This document shows positions 41,158 through 50,967 of a stretch of 64,000 nt of DNA, one piece after another (position 1 is the stretch's first letter; every line of letters starts with the position of its first letter). The notes under the pieces are model-generated. The model was not told the DNA's origin. It saw only the letters and a program-made list of their open reading frames with translations, and searched no databases. Both the position numbers and the translations under genes were made by a program. This DNA comes from a virus, in the IMG/VR virus record IMGVR_UViG_3300043395_002349, positions 36,090 to 100,089 of that record. One strand, given 5' to 3'.

Positions 41158-42240
41158 TTAATACGTTTTTATGTTATCGGTATTAATTTGCTCCATTTCG
41201 TTTAGGTGTTCTCTGTATAATTTATTGTATTTGTGGATAGAATTACCATTATTCATCCAATATTTAACCGCTAAAGGGTTATTTATCCACATATTTTTGT
41301 TATTCCAATCAAAATCATCTTTTTCCCAATATGGTGTTTCTTTTTCATCAATTTTTGGTTCTTCTGATTTATTTTCTATATTATTTTCCACTATAACCTC
41401 ATTTTCTTGCTCTTTTGTAGAATTTTTTCCACTATCTCCGTAAATTTGGTAATTTTTGTAGTTTTCTTCCATTAAATCATCTAACTTACCCTCATCATAT
41501 ACAAATTCTTCTCTTTTCTTGCCAATTAATCCGTTAAATGCGATAATAAGAGCTACTGCAAGTGGGTCAAACACAATTACAATCAAAAATATGAAGAATT
41601 TTACAACATTTTTTAATTCCATACCAAATGCTTCGGCAACAAACCTAAATCCACCAACTTCTTTCTCTAAATCTAAGTTTTTTAGCTTAATTTGGTTGAT
41701 TTTTTCGGTATTTTGAGCATTTTCAGTTTGTAAAACCTCAATTTTTTTGTTAATTTGTGAAGTTTGACGGTCTTTGTTATCAATTGAACGTAAAAGTCGG
41801 TTATTTACCTTACCTTTATCTAAAATTGTTGATTGAGTTTGTGATAATTGCCCCAATTGAGTGTTTAGTTGGGTAATTTGAGCCGTATTTTGGTCGATTT
41901 TTGTTTGATAAACAGCAATTTCTCTATCTACAACTTGCAATTTTAAAGATTGTGCCTGAAATGCGTTTGAAAGATAACCAAAAATACCAGCAGAGGTGAT
42001 TAACATTAATAATGCAACCGCTCCCGTTAAATACCATTTGTTAAATCCACTAATTTCATCCCATTTTTGTTTTAAATAGGTTGCTGCTACAAGTTTTGCA
42101 AGTTCCAATGATGATGCCATTACCATTACCGATAACGATGCACCTGCAAATAGAACCCCTAAACCTGTTACTGAAAAATAAGCCGCACAACCTGCGATAA
42201 TTAGTGCGGAAAAACCCACTAAAAACTTAAGCCAGTTCAT
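41158..42240 (-). CDS. Membrane protein with coiled coil (3 TM, coiled coil, TM)
   Basis: AAYFSVTGL...LELAK...ITSAGIFGYLS...IVIVFDPLAV. Confidence 0.7.
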   Translation of the reverse strand: MNWLKFLVGFSALIIAGCAAYFSVTGLGVLFAGASLSVMVMASSLELAKLVAATYLKQKWDEISGFNKWYLTGAVALLMLITSAGIFGYLSNAFQAQSLKLQVVDREIAVYQTKIDQNTAQITQLNTQLGQLSQTQSTILDKGKVNNRLLRSIDNKDRQTSQINKKIEVLQTENAQNTEKINQIKLKNLDLEKEVGGFRFVAEAFGMELKNVVKFFIFLIVIVFDPLAVALIIAFNGLIGKKREEFVYDEGKLDDLMEENYKNYQIYGDSGKNSTKEQENEVIVENNIENKSEEPKIDEKETPYWEKDDFDWNNKNMWINNPLAVKYWMNNGNSIHKYNKLYREHLNEMEQINTDNIKTY

Positions 42241-42244
42241 TTTA

Positions 42245-42427
42245 TTATCCTTCTCTTTCTAAGTCAACTAATTCGTTGACTTTGTTTAACGAATATAAAA
42301 CTTCATCAATCATTTTAAGTGCATCTTGAGGAGTAATTGGTTTACTTCCTTCAGTAGCTTGTTTTAAATAATTCATTCTAATTTCAATAACGTTAAGATT
42401 TTGTCTTATTTGTTCTTTGTATCTCAT
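42245..42427 (-). CDS. Small hypothetical protein
   Basis: 60 aa; fills the intergenic space; TATTTATA upstream. Confidence 0.55.
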   Translation of the reverse strand: MRYKEQIRQNLNVIEIRMNYLKQATEGSKPITPQDALKMIDEVLYSLNKVNELVDLEREG

Positions 42428-42430
42428 ATT

Positions 42431-43267
42431 TTATAAATATTTTTTGTTTAAAAAATTAATAATTCCATCTGCCCAAATTCGATGAGCAAAAATACCAGGA
42501 TGCCCATCACATGATATATCTATACCAACATCATCTGTTATTTGCATTTTATTATTACCCGCTAATGTAGTTATACAATCATATATTTTATTATTATATT
42601 CAATTTTTAATAAATGATTTTCAAAAAAATTTGGAAAATAATTGTTGAAATTAATATGATTTGTAAAATAGTGTAAACCACCTGATACAAAAAATTGAAT
42701 ATTGTTTTGTTTTAAAAATGAAATTAAACCCATAAAAGAATAACATACATTTTGTTCGTATTTTATTGGATTGATAAAATATTCTGAATATTCTTTTATT
42801 AAATTTCTTGTTTTGTTTCTATATTCTTCATCCATTTGAGGTCCATAAATCCAATCTAATGTAGTTTGTGTATCATTTATTTTTCCTGTATCTTTATAAT
42901 CAACATTTGCAACTAAATATCGGTTGTATTTGTTAGAATAAACATCTAATCTATTAATTGCACCCTGTATCTCAAAGAAGAATATTGTTTTTTGAGATTT
43001 TTTTATTCCGTTTTTTGTAATATATTCATATGCTTTTCTTACAATTCTTTCAGAACCACTGCCACTCTTAGCTTCATTGATTATTTTTATATTTGGAAAT
43101 TTTTTTTGTATTAATGCCGGATAACTTACATCTTTTTCCGAATTATATTCAATATTATATTTTTCTTTATATGCCAATTTAACATTAATTGTCCTTTCTT
43201 CTAATCCACCACCTTCGGTAAAAGAACATCCATTAAAATATAAAGTATTAAACTTATCCTGCCACAT
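42431..43267 (-). CDS. SGNH/GDSL-like hydrolase
   Basis: NGCSFTEG, NEAKSGSG, DGHP. Confidence 0.7.
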   Translation of the reverse strand: MWQDKFNTLYFNGCSFTEGGGLEERTINVKLAYKEKYNIEYNSEKDVSYPALIQKKFPNIKIINEAKSGSGSERIVRKAYEYITKNGIKKSQKTIFFFEIQGAINRLDVYSNKYNRYLVANVDYKDTGKINDTQTTLDWIYGPQMDEEYRNKTRNLIKEYSEYFINPIKYEQNVCYSFMGLISFLKQNNIQFFVSGGLHYFTNHINFNNYFPNFFENHLLKIEYNNKIYDCITTLAGNNKMQITDDVGIDISCDGHPGIFAHRIWADGIINFLNKKYL

Positions 43268-44171
43268 AATTAAAAAATTGTTGTAATTTATTTTCTTGTT
43301 CTAATTCATCAGGTGAGCAATACTTTGGAATATCATAATCTCCTGGTTTTCTAAACACTAAAAGATATTCATGTATTTTAGATGTATAACGTTTAGATGC
43401 AGTTTTACCAATTTGTAATGCTGCAAATGGTGAAATGTTTTCTAATATAACTATATCATGTTGTAAGAAACCATGCTTCTTAAATGAGTTGATAACATCA
43501 CCATGGAAATTATGAAATCCCTCATTAGTTCTCATATCACCAACAACCCAACATGCAAATGCACCACTTTTTAATACTCTAAAACAATTACCAATACAAA
43601 CATCTATTTTACTCATAAATGGTTCGTATTTTGGTTCATCACTTAATTGACCAGGAACGGATTCGTATTTTTCTAAATTAAAATAAGGTGGACAAGTAAA
43701 AATCAAATCTGCACTTTTATCCGATATTTCTTCCATTAATGTTCCATCACCATTTATAATATGTGGTTTCATACCAACACCTTCAAAATGATTATGTACT
43801 CTTTCATAGGTTTTTGGTGAAATTTCGAATCCAGTATAATCTCTACCCAATTTTGTTGCAACATATGCTCGTGTCACTCTACCTGCAAAAGGGTCTATTA
43901 TTTTACTACCTTTTAAACTCCAAAACTTTATTACATTTTCGGCTAACCCAGCGTGAAATTCTGAGAAAGAGTAATCCGGTAAATATTCAGTATTATCACC
44001 TCTTCTAACTTCATTTAGACCATCGTTTAGATATGCATCTTTCCAATTAATTTTACTTTCTTTCGTAGGTCTATAAATTGATAATGGTAACCAACCAAAT
44101 TGGTCTTTAATCTTTACATCCGTTCTTAGCGGCAATACTTGTGAGTATTCTATTTTTGTTCCACGTTTCAT
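43254..44171 (-). CDS. N6A/N4C DNA methyltransferase
   Basis: DPFAG (motif I) before TCPPY (motif IV); HEYLLVF. Confidence 0.85.
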   Translation of the reverse strand: MKRGTKIEYSQVLPLRTDVKIKDQFGWLPLSIYRPTKESKINWKDAYLNDGLNEVRRGDNTEYLPDYSFSEFHAGLAENVIKFWSLKGSKIIDPFAGRVTRAYVATKLGRDYTGFEISPKTYERVHNHFEGVGMKPHIINGDGTLMEEISDKSADLIFTCPPYFNLEKYESVPGQLSDEPKYEPFMSKIDVCIGNCFRVLKSGAFACWVVGDMRTNEGFHNFHGDVINSFKKHGFLQHDIVILENISPFAALQIGKTASKRYTSKIHEYLLVFRKPGDYDIPKYCSPDELEQENKLQQFFNYVAG

Positions 44172-44173
44172 AA

Positions 44174-44202
44174 TAAAAAAGGGTAGTTGTTTAGACTACC
44201 CT
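44174..44202 (-). terminator. Rho-independent terminator downstream of hsp20
   Basis: AGGGTAGT/ACTACCCT stem, 7-nt loop, T tract on the minus strand. Confidence 0.75.
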
Positions 44203-44225
44203 CTAATATACACAAAATAACTAAA

Positions 44226-44624
44226 CTAACCAACTTTTAAGGTAAGTTTTTTTGGCTTTGATTCTTCTTTACGTTCTACAACAATAGAAAGAATACCATT
44301 TTTAATTTCTGCTTTTGCATTTCTACCATCTAAATCCTTACCTAAAGTAATTCTCTCATCAATATTAGCAATTAATTGCTCAAATGGAGTTTCTGTATCT
44401 TTTGTTTCTTTTTTAGCCTTTATTTCAATCTTATCTTCGTAACAATTGATTTCAATATTCTTAGGGTCGTGTCCTAATACTGATAATGCTATGTAAGCTT
44501 TATCATCTTTTACATCTACTGCGAATTTTGAAGGAACAAAAGTTCTTGAATGAGTTTCCCACAAAGGTCTACTGTCTGCTACTAATAATTTTTCAACGAA
44601 TTTGTCAAAATCTGAATAAAACAT
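44226..44624 (-). CDS. Small heat-shock protein (Hsp20/alpha-crystallin)
   Basis: AKAEIKNGILSI...KPKKLTL. Confidence 0.85.
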   Translation of the reverse strand: MFYSDFDKFVEKLLVADSRPLWETHSRTFVPSKFAVDVKDDKAYIALSVLGHDPKNIEINCYEDKIEIKAKKETKDTETPFEQLIANIDERITLGKDLDGRNAKAEIKNGILSIVVERKEESKPKKLTLKVG

Positions 44625-44698
44625 AATCTATAATTTTTTTGTTAATAATACCTAATATATTTCAATAACCATACCATTAAGGTAAAACTGACAATTTG

Positions 44699-45397
44699 TT
44701 AGAATTTACCAACATTAAATGTAAAATTGTCAGTAGAGTCTTGTCTTTTTATTTCATCCTGTCTTTCAATTATTGTACTCATAAAATCAGCCCAATGTAA
44801 AATATATTGAATAGATGAACGAAGGGTATTTTTAACATTAAACGTCTTTAAATATTTTTCATTATCTTCATCATACAATCCATCAGTAAGTTTAATACCA
44901 AAATATTCGTTTTCGTTATATTGAATACCATAGTGGTTTAATGTAAAAAACGTTCTATCCGTCAATGTCATAAATGGTATTTCATCATTACGTTTATAAT
45001 AATCCATACGATTTTCTATTTCCCATTTATTTGTATTTGGTACATAGTGTATTTGACCTTTAGTACCTAATTTACCTAAATCATGATGCAATGCTGCAAA
45101 TATTAATTCTTCATCTGTAAAATCAATTGTACCACCCTGTGCAGCAAATAATTCTTTTACCTTTAAAGAATTTTTTGTTACATTAAAAATGTGGTCAATA
45201 TAGCCACCATCATAACAATTGTGATACAACAATCTACCACTTGCAGGTGAAATTGTTAAATTCATTCCTAATTCATCTTCGGAATACATATGAAGTAATT
45301 TTTCAAGTCTTTCACCTTTAAAATACTTCTTTAGAACCAAAATAAATTTATCATAGTTCTCTTTTAATTCTTCTGCTGTTTTCTTTTTCTGTGTCAT
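44699..45397 (-). CDS. HD-domain phosphohydrolase
   Basis: PAS...H...GGYIDH...LHHDLGK...HWAD. Confidence 0.85.
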   Translation of the reverse strand: MTQKKKTAEELKENYDKFILVLKKYFKGERLEKLLHMYSEDELGMNLTISPASGRLLYHNCYDGGYIDHIFNVTKNSLKVKELFAAQGGTIDFTDEELIFAALHHDLGKLGTKGQIHYVPNTNKWEIENRMDYYKRNDEIPFMTLTDRTFFTLNHYGIQYNENEYFGIKLTDGLYDEDNEKYLKTFNVKNTLRSSIQYILHWADFMSTIIERQDEIKRQDSTDNFTFNVGKF

Positions 45398-45400
45398 AGT

Positions 45401-46042
45401 TTATAGTTTAAAAAATTTATCTGCGTTTTTTATTTTACTAATTCTGTTTTCTGCAATTTTACAAGTACTCTCAATTATCTCACTACCAATATATTTTCTA
45501 TCGTTTTCTACACATACGATTGCCGTAGTACCACTACCCATAAAAGGGTCAAACACTATTTGTCCTTTTTTAGTATATGAGTTAATAAATTGTTTTACAA
45601 TATTAGGTGAAAAGTTATATGTGTACTCTGGTGTTGCAGGTACAAATTTTTCACTAAATACATCAGGTAAAAGTGGATGTTTTGTTGCGTTTCTATCAAA
45701 TGTTAAAATAAATGTATATCCGTGTCGGTACATATCAATAGTATCTTCCTTTTTTACCCATAATTTTTGTGATTTTAACGTCCAACCTGCATTATTCATT
45801 AAATCACAAATGAGTATATGTTTTTGTATAACTGTTCCTTCCGCTTTTCTATCAGAAACAAATATAGTAACTACATTTCCTTTTGGATTAAATTTTGCAA
45901 TTCTTTGGTCTAAGAAATCAACGTATGGTGTTATGTTTTTAGTATCTGCACCTATTTCATCAAAATCAGGTGGAGATGTAATAATATAATCGTACTCTAA
46001 ATTACGATTAAGTGTTTCTAAACAATCTTCATTATAAATCAT
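45401..46042 (-). CDS. DNA methyltransferase, beta-class order, variant SPPD motif
   Basis: EDCL...TSPPDF...VFDPFMGSGTT...IGSEI. Confidence 0.8.
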   Translation of the reverse strand: MIYNEDCLETLNRNLEYDYIITSPPDFDEIGADTKNITPYVDFLDQRIAKFNPKGNVVTIFVSDRKAEGTVIQKHILICDLMNNAGWTLKSQKLWVKKEDTIDMYRHGYTFILTFDRNATKHPLLPDVFSEKFVPATPEYTYNFSPNIVKQFINSYTKKGQIVFDPFMGSGTTAIVCVENDRKYIGSEIIESTCKIAENRISKIKNADKFFKL

Positions 46043-46350
46043 TTTGTTAGATTTTCTTTTGTTAAGATTTTATATAATAATTCTACTTCTTCTTCGGTTT
46101 CTATCATTGGTAAATCTTGATAATCAAATAAAGATACTAAATAATGTCCTTCTTCTAAATCACAATTTTTCCATTCATCATTTGCTATTGAAATAAGGGT
46201 AGGACGTTCTGATATATCATCAACACTATCGTTTGGCATTGGAATAATGTAGTAATAATATTCACTATCACCATCATTTTCCTCAATCTTTATTGCATTC
46301 CATTTTTTAAAAGAATGCTCCGTAATTGGAGTTTGTGGCATTGTTATCAT
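46039..46350 (-). CDS. Hypothetical acidic protein
   Basis: ATG at 46350 preferred over TTG at 46365 because a promoter-like element overlaps the latter. Confidence 0.55.
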   Translation of the reverse strand: MITMPQTPITEHSFKKWNAIKIEENDGDSEYYYYIIPMPNDSVDDISERPTLISIANDEWKNCDLEEGHYLVSLFDYQDLPMIETEEEVELLYKILTKENLTK

Positions 46351-46374
46351 ACACAAAATATACAAAATTTTCTT

Positions 46375-46968
46375 TTATTCACAAATTATTTTTACAACTT
46401 TTTGTATAGAATCTATTTTAAATTTAGAAAATAAATTATCTTTTTTGGTTTCAATGGAATATTTTGCTTTACCAACAAATGTGATTGTATCACCTCTCAT
46501 TTCAGGAACAGTTTTAAATGTAATCTCTACTTTACCAAAACTTATATCAGATGTTTTATTAATACCATCATATAGATAAACACCATTAGGAACATAATTT
46601 CCTATTTTAACTGTCATCCATTTACCCAAATATTCATTAAAATAAGATTTCCAAATTTCGGTTGTGTTATTAGATGTTGTTAAAAAAGCATATGAACTTT
46701 TCCATTCAACTGAACCTACAACGGGCGATGGTATTGTATTTAATTTTCCATCTACTAAAAATTTTCCTACTATATTATTGTAATTAGTACGTGTAGAATC
46801 AATTTTAAGATGATAAAAATTATTATTATCTTTCGGTAAAGAATTTGTTTGTACTTGATTTAGTACGGAATCAATTGTAAATTCTACTTTTGGTTCGGTA
46901 TATTTTGGTTGTTGTATTTCTTTAGAACATCCAAATAAAATGATGCTAAAAAATAATAAAATTCTCAT
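46375..46968 (-). CDS. Lipoprotein
   Basis: MRILLFFSIILFG-CSKE signal peptide II, Bacteroidota-style. Confidence 0.7.
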   Translation of the reverse strand: MRILLFFSIILFGCSKEIQQPKYTEPKVEFTIDSVLNQVQTNSLPKDNNNFYHLKIDSTRTNYNNIVGKFLVDGKLNTIPSPVVGSVEWKSSYAFLTTSNNTTEIWKSYFNEYLGKWMTVKIGNYVPNGVYLYDGINKTSDISFGKVEITFKTVPEMRGDTITFVGKAKYSIETKKDNLFSKFKIDSIQKVVKIICE

Positions 46969-46993
46969 ATTTTTAGAGTTTATAGTTTATATC

Positions 46994-47025
46994 TAAAGAT
47001 ACGAAAAAATTATTATATTTCCAAA
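46994..47025 (-). promoter_or_regulatory. Bacteroidota-type promoter
   Basis: TTTG-N20-TATCTTTA. Confidence 0.6.
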
Positions 47026-47783
47026 AATGAATAATGTTTTTTTAAGTGTTTATATAACTTATTGGAATACAATGAATTATGCAATGGTCCTGGATGCCCT
47101 AAGTCTGCCCCATAATCTATAAAATTATCATAATCACCATCAAATCTATTTTCATCAATAAAATTATTATCTAATCTAAACCCATTCCATAAAAAAGGTA
47201 TATTTTTGTCTTTTAAAAAATATGTTATAAGAAGGTGTGTTCTATACCAATTATTAAAATCATTATATTCATTTTGTAATCTAGTATTTAATTCGTGTAT
47301 GTATCTCCCCTCCTCCGTTTCTTGCATAAATCCCCATTTTATACCCGGTATATAAGGTTCTATTCCACCCTCTTTTGAATACAATTCTCTCCTGTGTGGG
47401 TATGTGTACATAATTAATACTAAATCAGGTTTTACTTCATCAAAATATGTAAGTAAACATCTACTTATAAAATCATTACTTCTACCGGCTGTTCCAAAAT
47501 TTAAATTAACCCCATTTTTTATTAATTTTGAAATTTGTGCCGGCCATGTTTCATCGTCATTAACACCAACACCTTCTGTAAATGAACATCCAATTGACAT
47601 TATTTTAAATCCTTCTTTTTTTATACTATCACCTCTAAATCCCAATTCATTATAAGTGTAAGTACATTTTCCCGAATTATCAGAACCCGATGAATTAAAT
47701 GTATTATTAATTCTATTTGATAATTGAAATTTATATGATGATATTTCAAATGTATCTTTTTTCCAATAATTTAATATTTTCAT
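47013..47783 (-). CDS. SGNH/GDSL-like hydrolase
   Basis: YNELGFRG, IGCSFTEGVG, NFGTAGRSN, DLGHPG. Confidence 0.75.
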   Translation of the reverse strand: MKILNYWKKDTFEISSYKFQLSNRINNTFNSSGSDNSGKCTYTYNELGFRGDSIKKEGFKIMSIGCSFTEGVGVNDDETWPAQISKLIKNGVNLNFGTAGRSNDFISRCLLTYFDEVKPDLVLIMYTYPHRRELYSKEGGIEPYIPGIKWGFMQETEEGRYIHELNTRLQNEYNDFNNWYRTHLLITYFLKDKNIPFLWNGFRLDNNFIDENRFDGDYDNFIDYGADLGHPGPLHNSLYSNKLYKHLKKHYSFLEI

Positions 47784-47786
47784 AAT

Positions 47787-48290
47787 TTAAATTAATTTAT
47801 TTATAGTATTATTTTCTAAATGAAAATGTTGCAAAAACCATATTAATGAATATCTGTTTCCTTTTGTTATTTTAGTGATTTCATGATTTAATTTTACATC
47901 AAAAATATATGTATTACCAATTTCTTTTTTTAAAATAATTTCCGTTTTATCATAGATTTTAAATTCGCCACCATTAAAATCATCATTAAGTAAAACACCA
48001 ACTGAATATATTCTTTTATCTCTTATATCGTTGTGTACTCCAAAATAATCCCCCTCACTATATATGTGAAAATGAATTTGTTTTTTTAATGTTTTTATTT
48101 TTATAGATGTGTTTTGTTCAAAAAAATTTTTTAATTTTTCAAAAATCCAGTTTGTATCATTGTTTACTAAGATTGTGTACGATTTATATTTTCTATCACC
48201 ACTATCCCAATATTGATTATTTTTTTTAACTAAATTAATTATTTTTTGACATTCATCTTTATTAAATAAGATGGTTTGATGTAAATTCAT
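47787..48290 (-). CDS. 2OG-Fe(II) oxygenase
   Basis: HND...LNDDFNGGEF...HEIT...G.RYS. Confidence 0.9.
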   Translation of the reverse strand: MNLHQTILFNKDECQKIINLVKKNNQYWDSGDRKYKSYTILVNNDTNWIFEKLKNFFEQNTSIKIKTLKKQIHFHIYSEGDYFGVHNDIRDKRIYSVGVLLNDDFNGGEFKIYDKTEIILKKEIGNTYIFDVKLNHEITKITKGNRYSLIWFLQHFHLENNTINKLI

Positions 48291-48819
48291 TTTTTATTTC
48301 AATTCTATATTTTTTACCAATTGGAAAAGTTAATTCTTTTAATTCGGGTATATCAACATATTCAATTAATTTGCTTATACCATTTCTATAATACAATTCT
48401 TCATATGAAATAATAAATCCATTTCTTTTTTCATAAAATTTTTTAAATTCTTTTTTTAAATTTTGAAAACTATTTTTTCCTTCTTCATCATAATATTTTT
48501 CTTTGTTTGTCCAAAAACCATGCCAATTTTTTGTTTTCTGTGCATGTAACCAAGATTCTATTTGTAATTCTTCGTTTTCTCGATAAAGATATATTACCTT
48601 TTCTGAAATTTTAAATAGGTTTTCAAAATCCAGTCCTGAATGAAAATCTTCTTTAATTAATAAATGTTTTGTTTTGTATTTGTATGGAAATTCTTTTGTA
48701 TACCATTTTGAATTTATATTTGATGGTAAAAATAAAGTTGTAAAATCTTTATTCATAGAAAACCAAGTTGTTAAATTTGATGAACCGGTTCTAGGTTCTG
48801 CCAATATTAATATTACCAT
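48262..48819 (-). CDS. Sulfotransferase-like protein (Stf0-like)
   Basis: PRTGSS PAPS loop, LYREN...QIESW, ISYEEL. Confidence 0.7.
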   Translation of the reverse strand: MVILILAEPRTGSSNLTTWFSMNKDFTTLFLPSNINSKWYTKEFPYKYKTKHLLIKEDFHSGLDFENLFKISEKVIYLYRENEELQIESWLHAQKTKNWHGFWTNKEKYYDEEGKNSFQNLKKEFKKFYEKRNGFIISYEELYYRNGISKLIEYVDIPELKELTFPIGKKYRIEIKNEFTSNHLI

Positions 48820-49341
48820 TTAAACTAATGTTTTATTTTTTTTTTCTTTTAATACTTTAAATGCTATTGTAATTCGCATATCTATCATTTCTTTTCTAGG
48901 TGCCATACCTCTATGCCAGATATTTCCATTAAAAAATACGGCACTATTTGGTATTGGTATATTACATATCAATTCATTATTGATTTTAAAATATGTTTCA
49001 CCTATTATTGATACATCATTATTTTTTGTAAAATAATACAAAAATGTATGTTCCAATTCATTATTATTATCTTGATGCCACATTCCATCTTGTCCTAATG
49101 TTTGACCATTTGCATATACTCTATCTAATGAATACTCCGTACCAATTATTTGTTGGATTTTGCCAAAAAATTCTTTTGTTATGAATTCAAATTCATTTAA
49201 ATCTGCATACCAAAAAAGAGATTTAGAATATGAGTTTAAACTACTAGATGCACCAAAAATCCACTTTACTTTATTTGATAAAATGTATTTAAGTTTATCG
49301 TATTCATCTTTATTTAAAATATTTTCATATTTTTCAATCAT
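48820..49341 (-). CDS. 2OG-Fe(II) oxygenase
   Basis: YANGQ...HQD...GET.F...HRG...RITIAF. Confidence 0.88.
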   Translation of the reverse strand: MIEKYENILNKDEYDKLKYILSNKVKWIFGASSSLNSYSKSLFWYADLNEFEFITKEFFGKIQQIIGTEYSLDRVYANGQTLGQDGMWHQDNNNELEHTFLYYFTKNNDVSIIGETYFKINNELICNIPIPNSAVFFNGNIWHRGMAPRKEMIDMRITIAFKVLKEKKNKTLV

Positions 49342-49832
49342 AATAATGTTGTTTGCTTTTTATCATTTTTAGTTGTTAATTTAAAAAATGAAACTAATGA
49401 ATATCTATTTCCTTTTTTTACTTTTGTTATTCTATGCCATAATTTATCATCCATAATTAGTGATAAATTTATTTCTGGATTAATTGTTACTTTATTATTA
49501 TTTTGTGAAATATATTCAAAATTACCACCTTCAAAATTTGTATTAAAATATGTAATTATTGTTAAATGTGAATTATCGTAATGAAATGTATCTGCGTTTT
49601 CGTCATTATTAGTTACTTTATTTATCCACATAGGCTGAAGCTCATACCTATCACCAAATGTTTGTTTAACATAATTGCTTATTTTATTTTTAAAATCTAA
49701 TAATTCATCTGTTTTAATTGTTTGTGTATTGTATATTTGAATAAAATCTGCAACAAAATTATTACATAAATTATTTAAGTAATCAATATCTTTATCCGAT
49801 AAGAAACCATATACTTTTATTAAATCAATCAT
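49338..49832 (-). CDS. 2OG-Fe(II) oxygenase
   Basis: HYD...FEGGNF...HRITKV..GNRYS. Confidence 0.88.
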   Translation of the reverse strand: MIDLIKVYGFLSDKDIDYLNNLCNNFVADFIQIYNTQTIKTDELLDFKNKISNYVKQTFGDRYELQPMWINKVTNNDENADTFHYDNSHLTIITYFNTNFEGGNFEYISQNNNKVTINPEINLSLIMDDKLWHRITKVKKGNRYSLVSFFKLTTKNDKKQTTLL

Positions 49833-50431
49833 AATAAACTATTTTCTTTTTTTGAAAATTCAAATCCTACATTTCCTGCTATTACTATTCTATCTAAATT
49901 AGCATTTGGAGCCGGCATTGGTGCATGTAATAAATCAGCCTGCATTATAATTAAATCATCTTCTTCTGGCCTTACCCAATATTCTTTTTTATTCTTACCC
50001 TTTATAAATAATACACCATCATTTTCATTCATAATATCTGGCATTTGAATATAATAAACATAAGTGTAAGTTGGAATAAAACTTTTGTTTTTTTCATTTA
50101 TTTCCGTATGTGAATGATATTTGTCCATAAAAATCCCATTATGAAAATTTAATTGAACAGGATTTTTAGCACTCACAATATTAATCCACTCTTCTGTTTG
50201 TATTGTATTAAATGGGATTTTTATAGTTGATTCGTACAATGCTTTGCACATATCAATTCCCAAATTGCAAATTTTATTTAATAGAATATCTTTTTTTGGA
50301 ATTGAAATAGAATCAAATTTATTTTTTGAATCAATCTTTTTAATTGAATCTATAATTAATTTTTTACTATCTAATAGATTTAATTTTGTTTTCCAAATAT
50401 ATGTTTCCGTGTCAAAGTAAATTTGCTCCAT
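49829..50431 (-). CDS. 2OG-Fe(II) oxygenase-like, HxH type (TIGR02466-like)
   Basis: WIN...HSH...YVYYI...H.P...RIVIAGN; start at ATG 50431 (TAATG coupling). Confidence 0.75.
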   Translation of the reverse strand: MEQIYFDTETYIWKTKLNLLDSKKLIIDSIKKIDSKNKFDSISIPKKDILLNKICNLGIDMCKALYESTIKIPFNTIQTEEWINIVSAKNPVQLNFHNGIFMDKYHSHTEINEKNKSFIPTYTYVYYIQMPDIMNENDGVLFIKGKNKKEYWVRPEEDDLIIMQADLLHAPMPAPNANLDRIVIAGNVGFEFSKKENSLL

Positions 50432-50967
50432 TATAACAAACTTTTTTCTTTTTTGACTGATATCCAATCTACCAATAAATGTATTCTATCTTCATCTCCA
50501 TCATTAATTACACCATGTACTTTTTCCGTATTATTGATTTCCCATAATTCACCTTCTTTTAAATTTTTAGTTTCTATATCCACACTAAAAAAACATTTAT
50601 CGTTTGTAATAATAGGAATGTGTATTCTGTGTGATATTTCAAAACTTTCATGAACATCGGTATGTGTTTTAATTGCTTTGCCTGCTGGTAAATTTATTAA
50701 TAATGCATTGAATAAATAACCATCACCAATTTGTTTTTTAAAAATTTCAGATATTATTTCTAAATCATCTTTAAATAATTCATATTCTTCTCTGTATATA
50801 GCCTTTTTTCTTTCTTCATCAAAAATAATAGGTACTGATTTTGTGTGTATATGAACTCCTTCTGACATTTTTTGTCTGTATTTCCATGACTCCCAATCTA
50901 ATTTAGAAAGCTTTTTCTTTATTTTAGAAACATCTATTTTACCATAATATTTAAAGTTCATATTCAT
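50431..50967 (-). CDS. Aspartyl/asparaginyl beta-hydroxylase-like 2OG oxygenase
   Basis: HTD...RIHIPI.TN...GELWEINN...HGVIN...RIHLLVD. Confidence 0.85.
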   Translation of the reverse strand: MNMNFKYYGKIDVSKIKKKLSKLDWESWKYRQKMSEGVHIHTKSVPIIFDEERKKAIYREEYELFKDDLEIISEIFKKQIGDGYLFNALLINLPAGKAIKTHTDVHESFEISHRIHIPIITNDKCFFSVDIETKNLKEGELWEINNTEKVHGVINDGDEDRIHLLVDWISVKKEKSLL

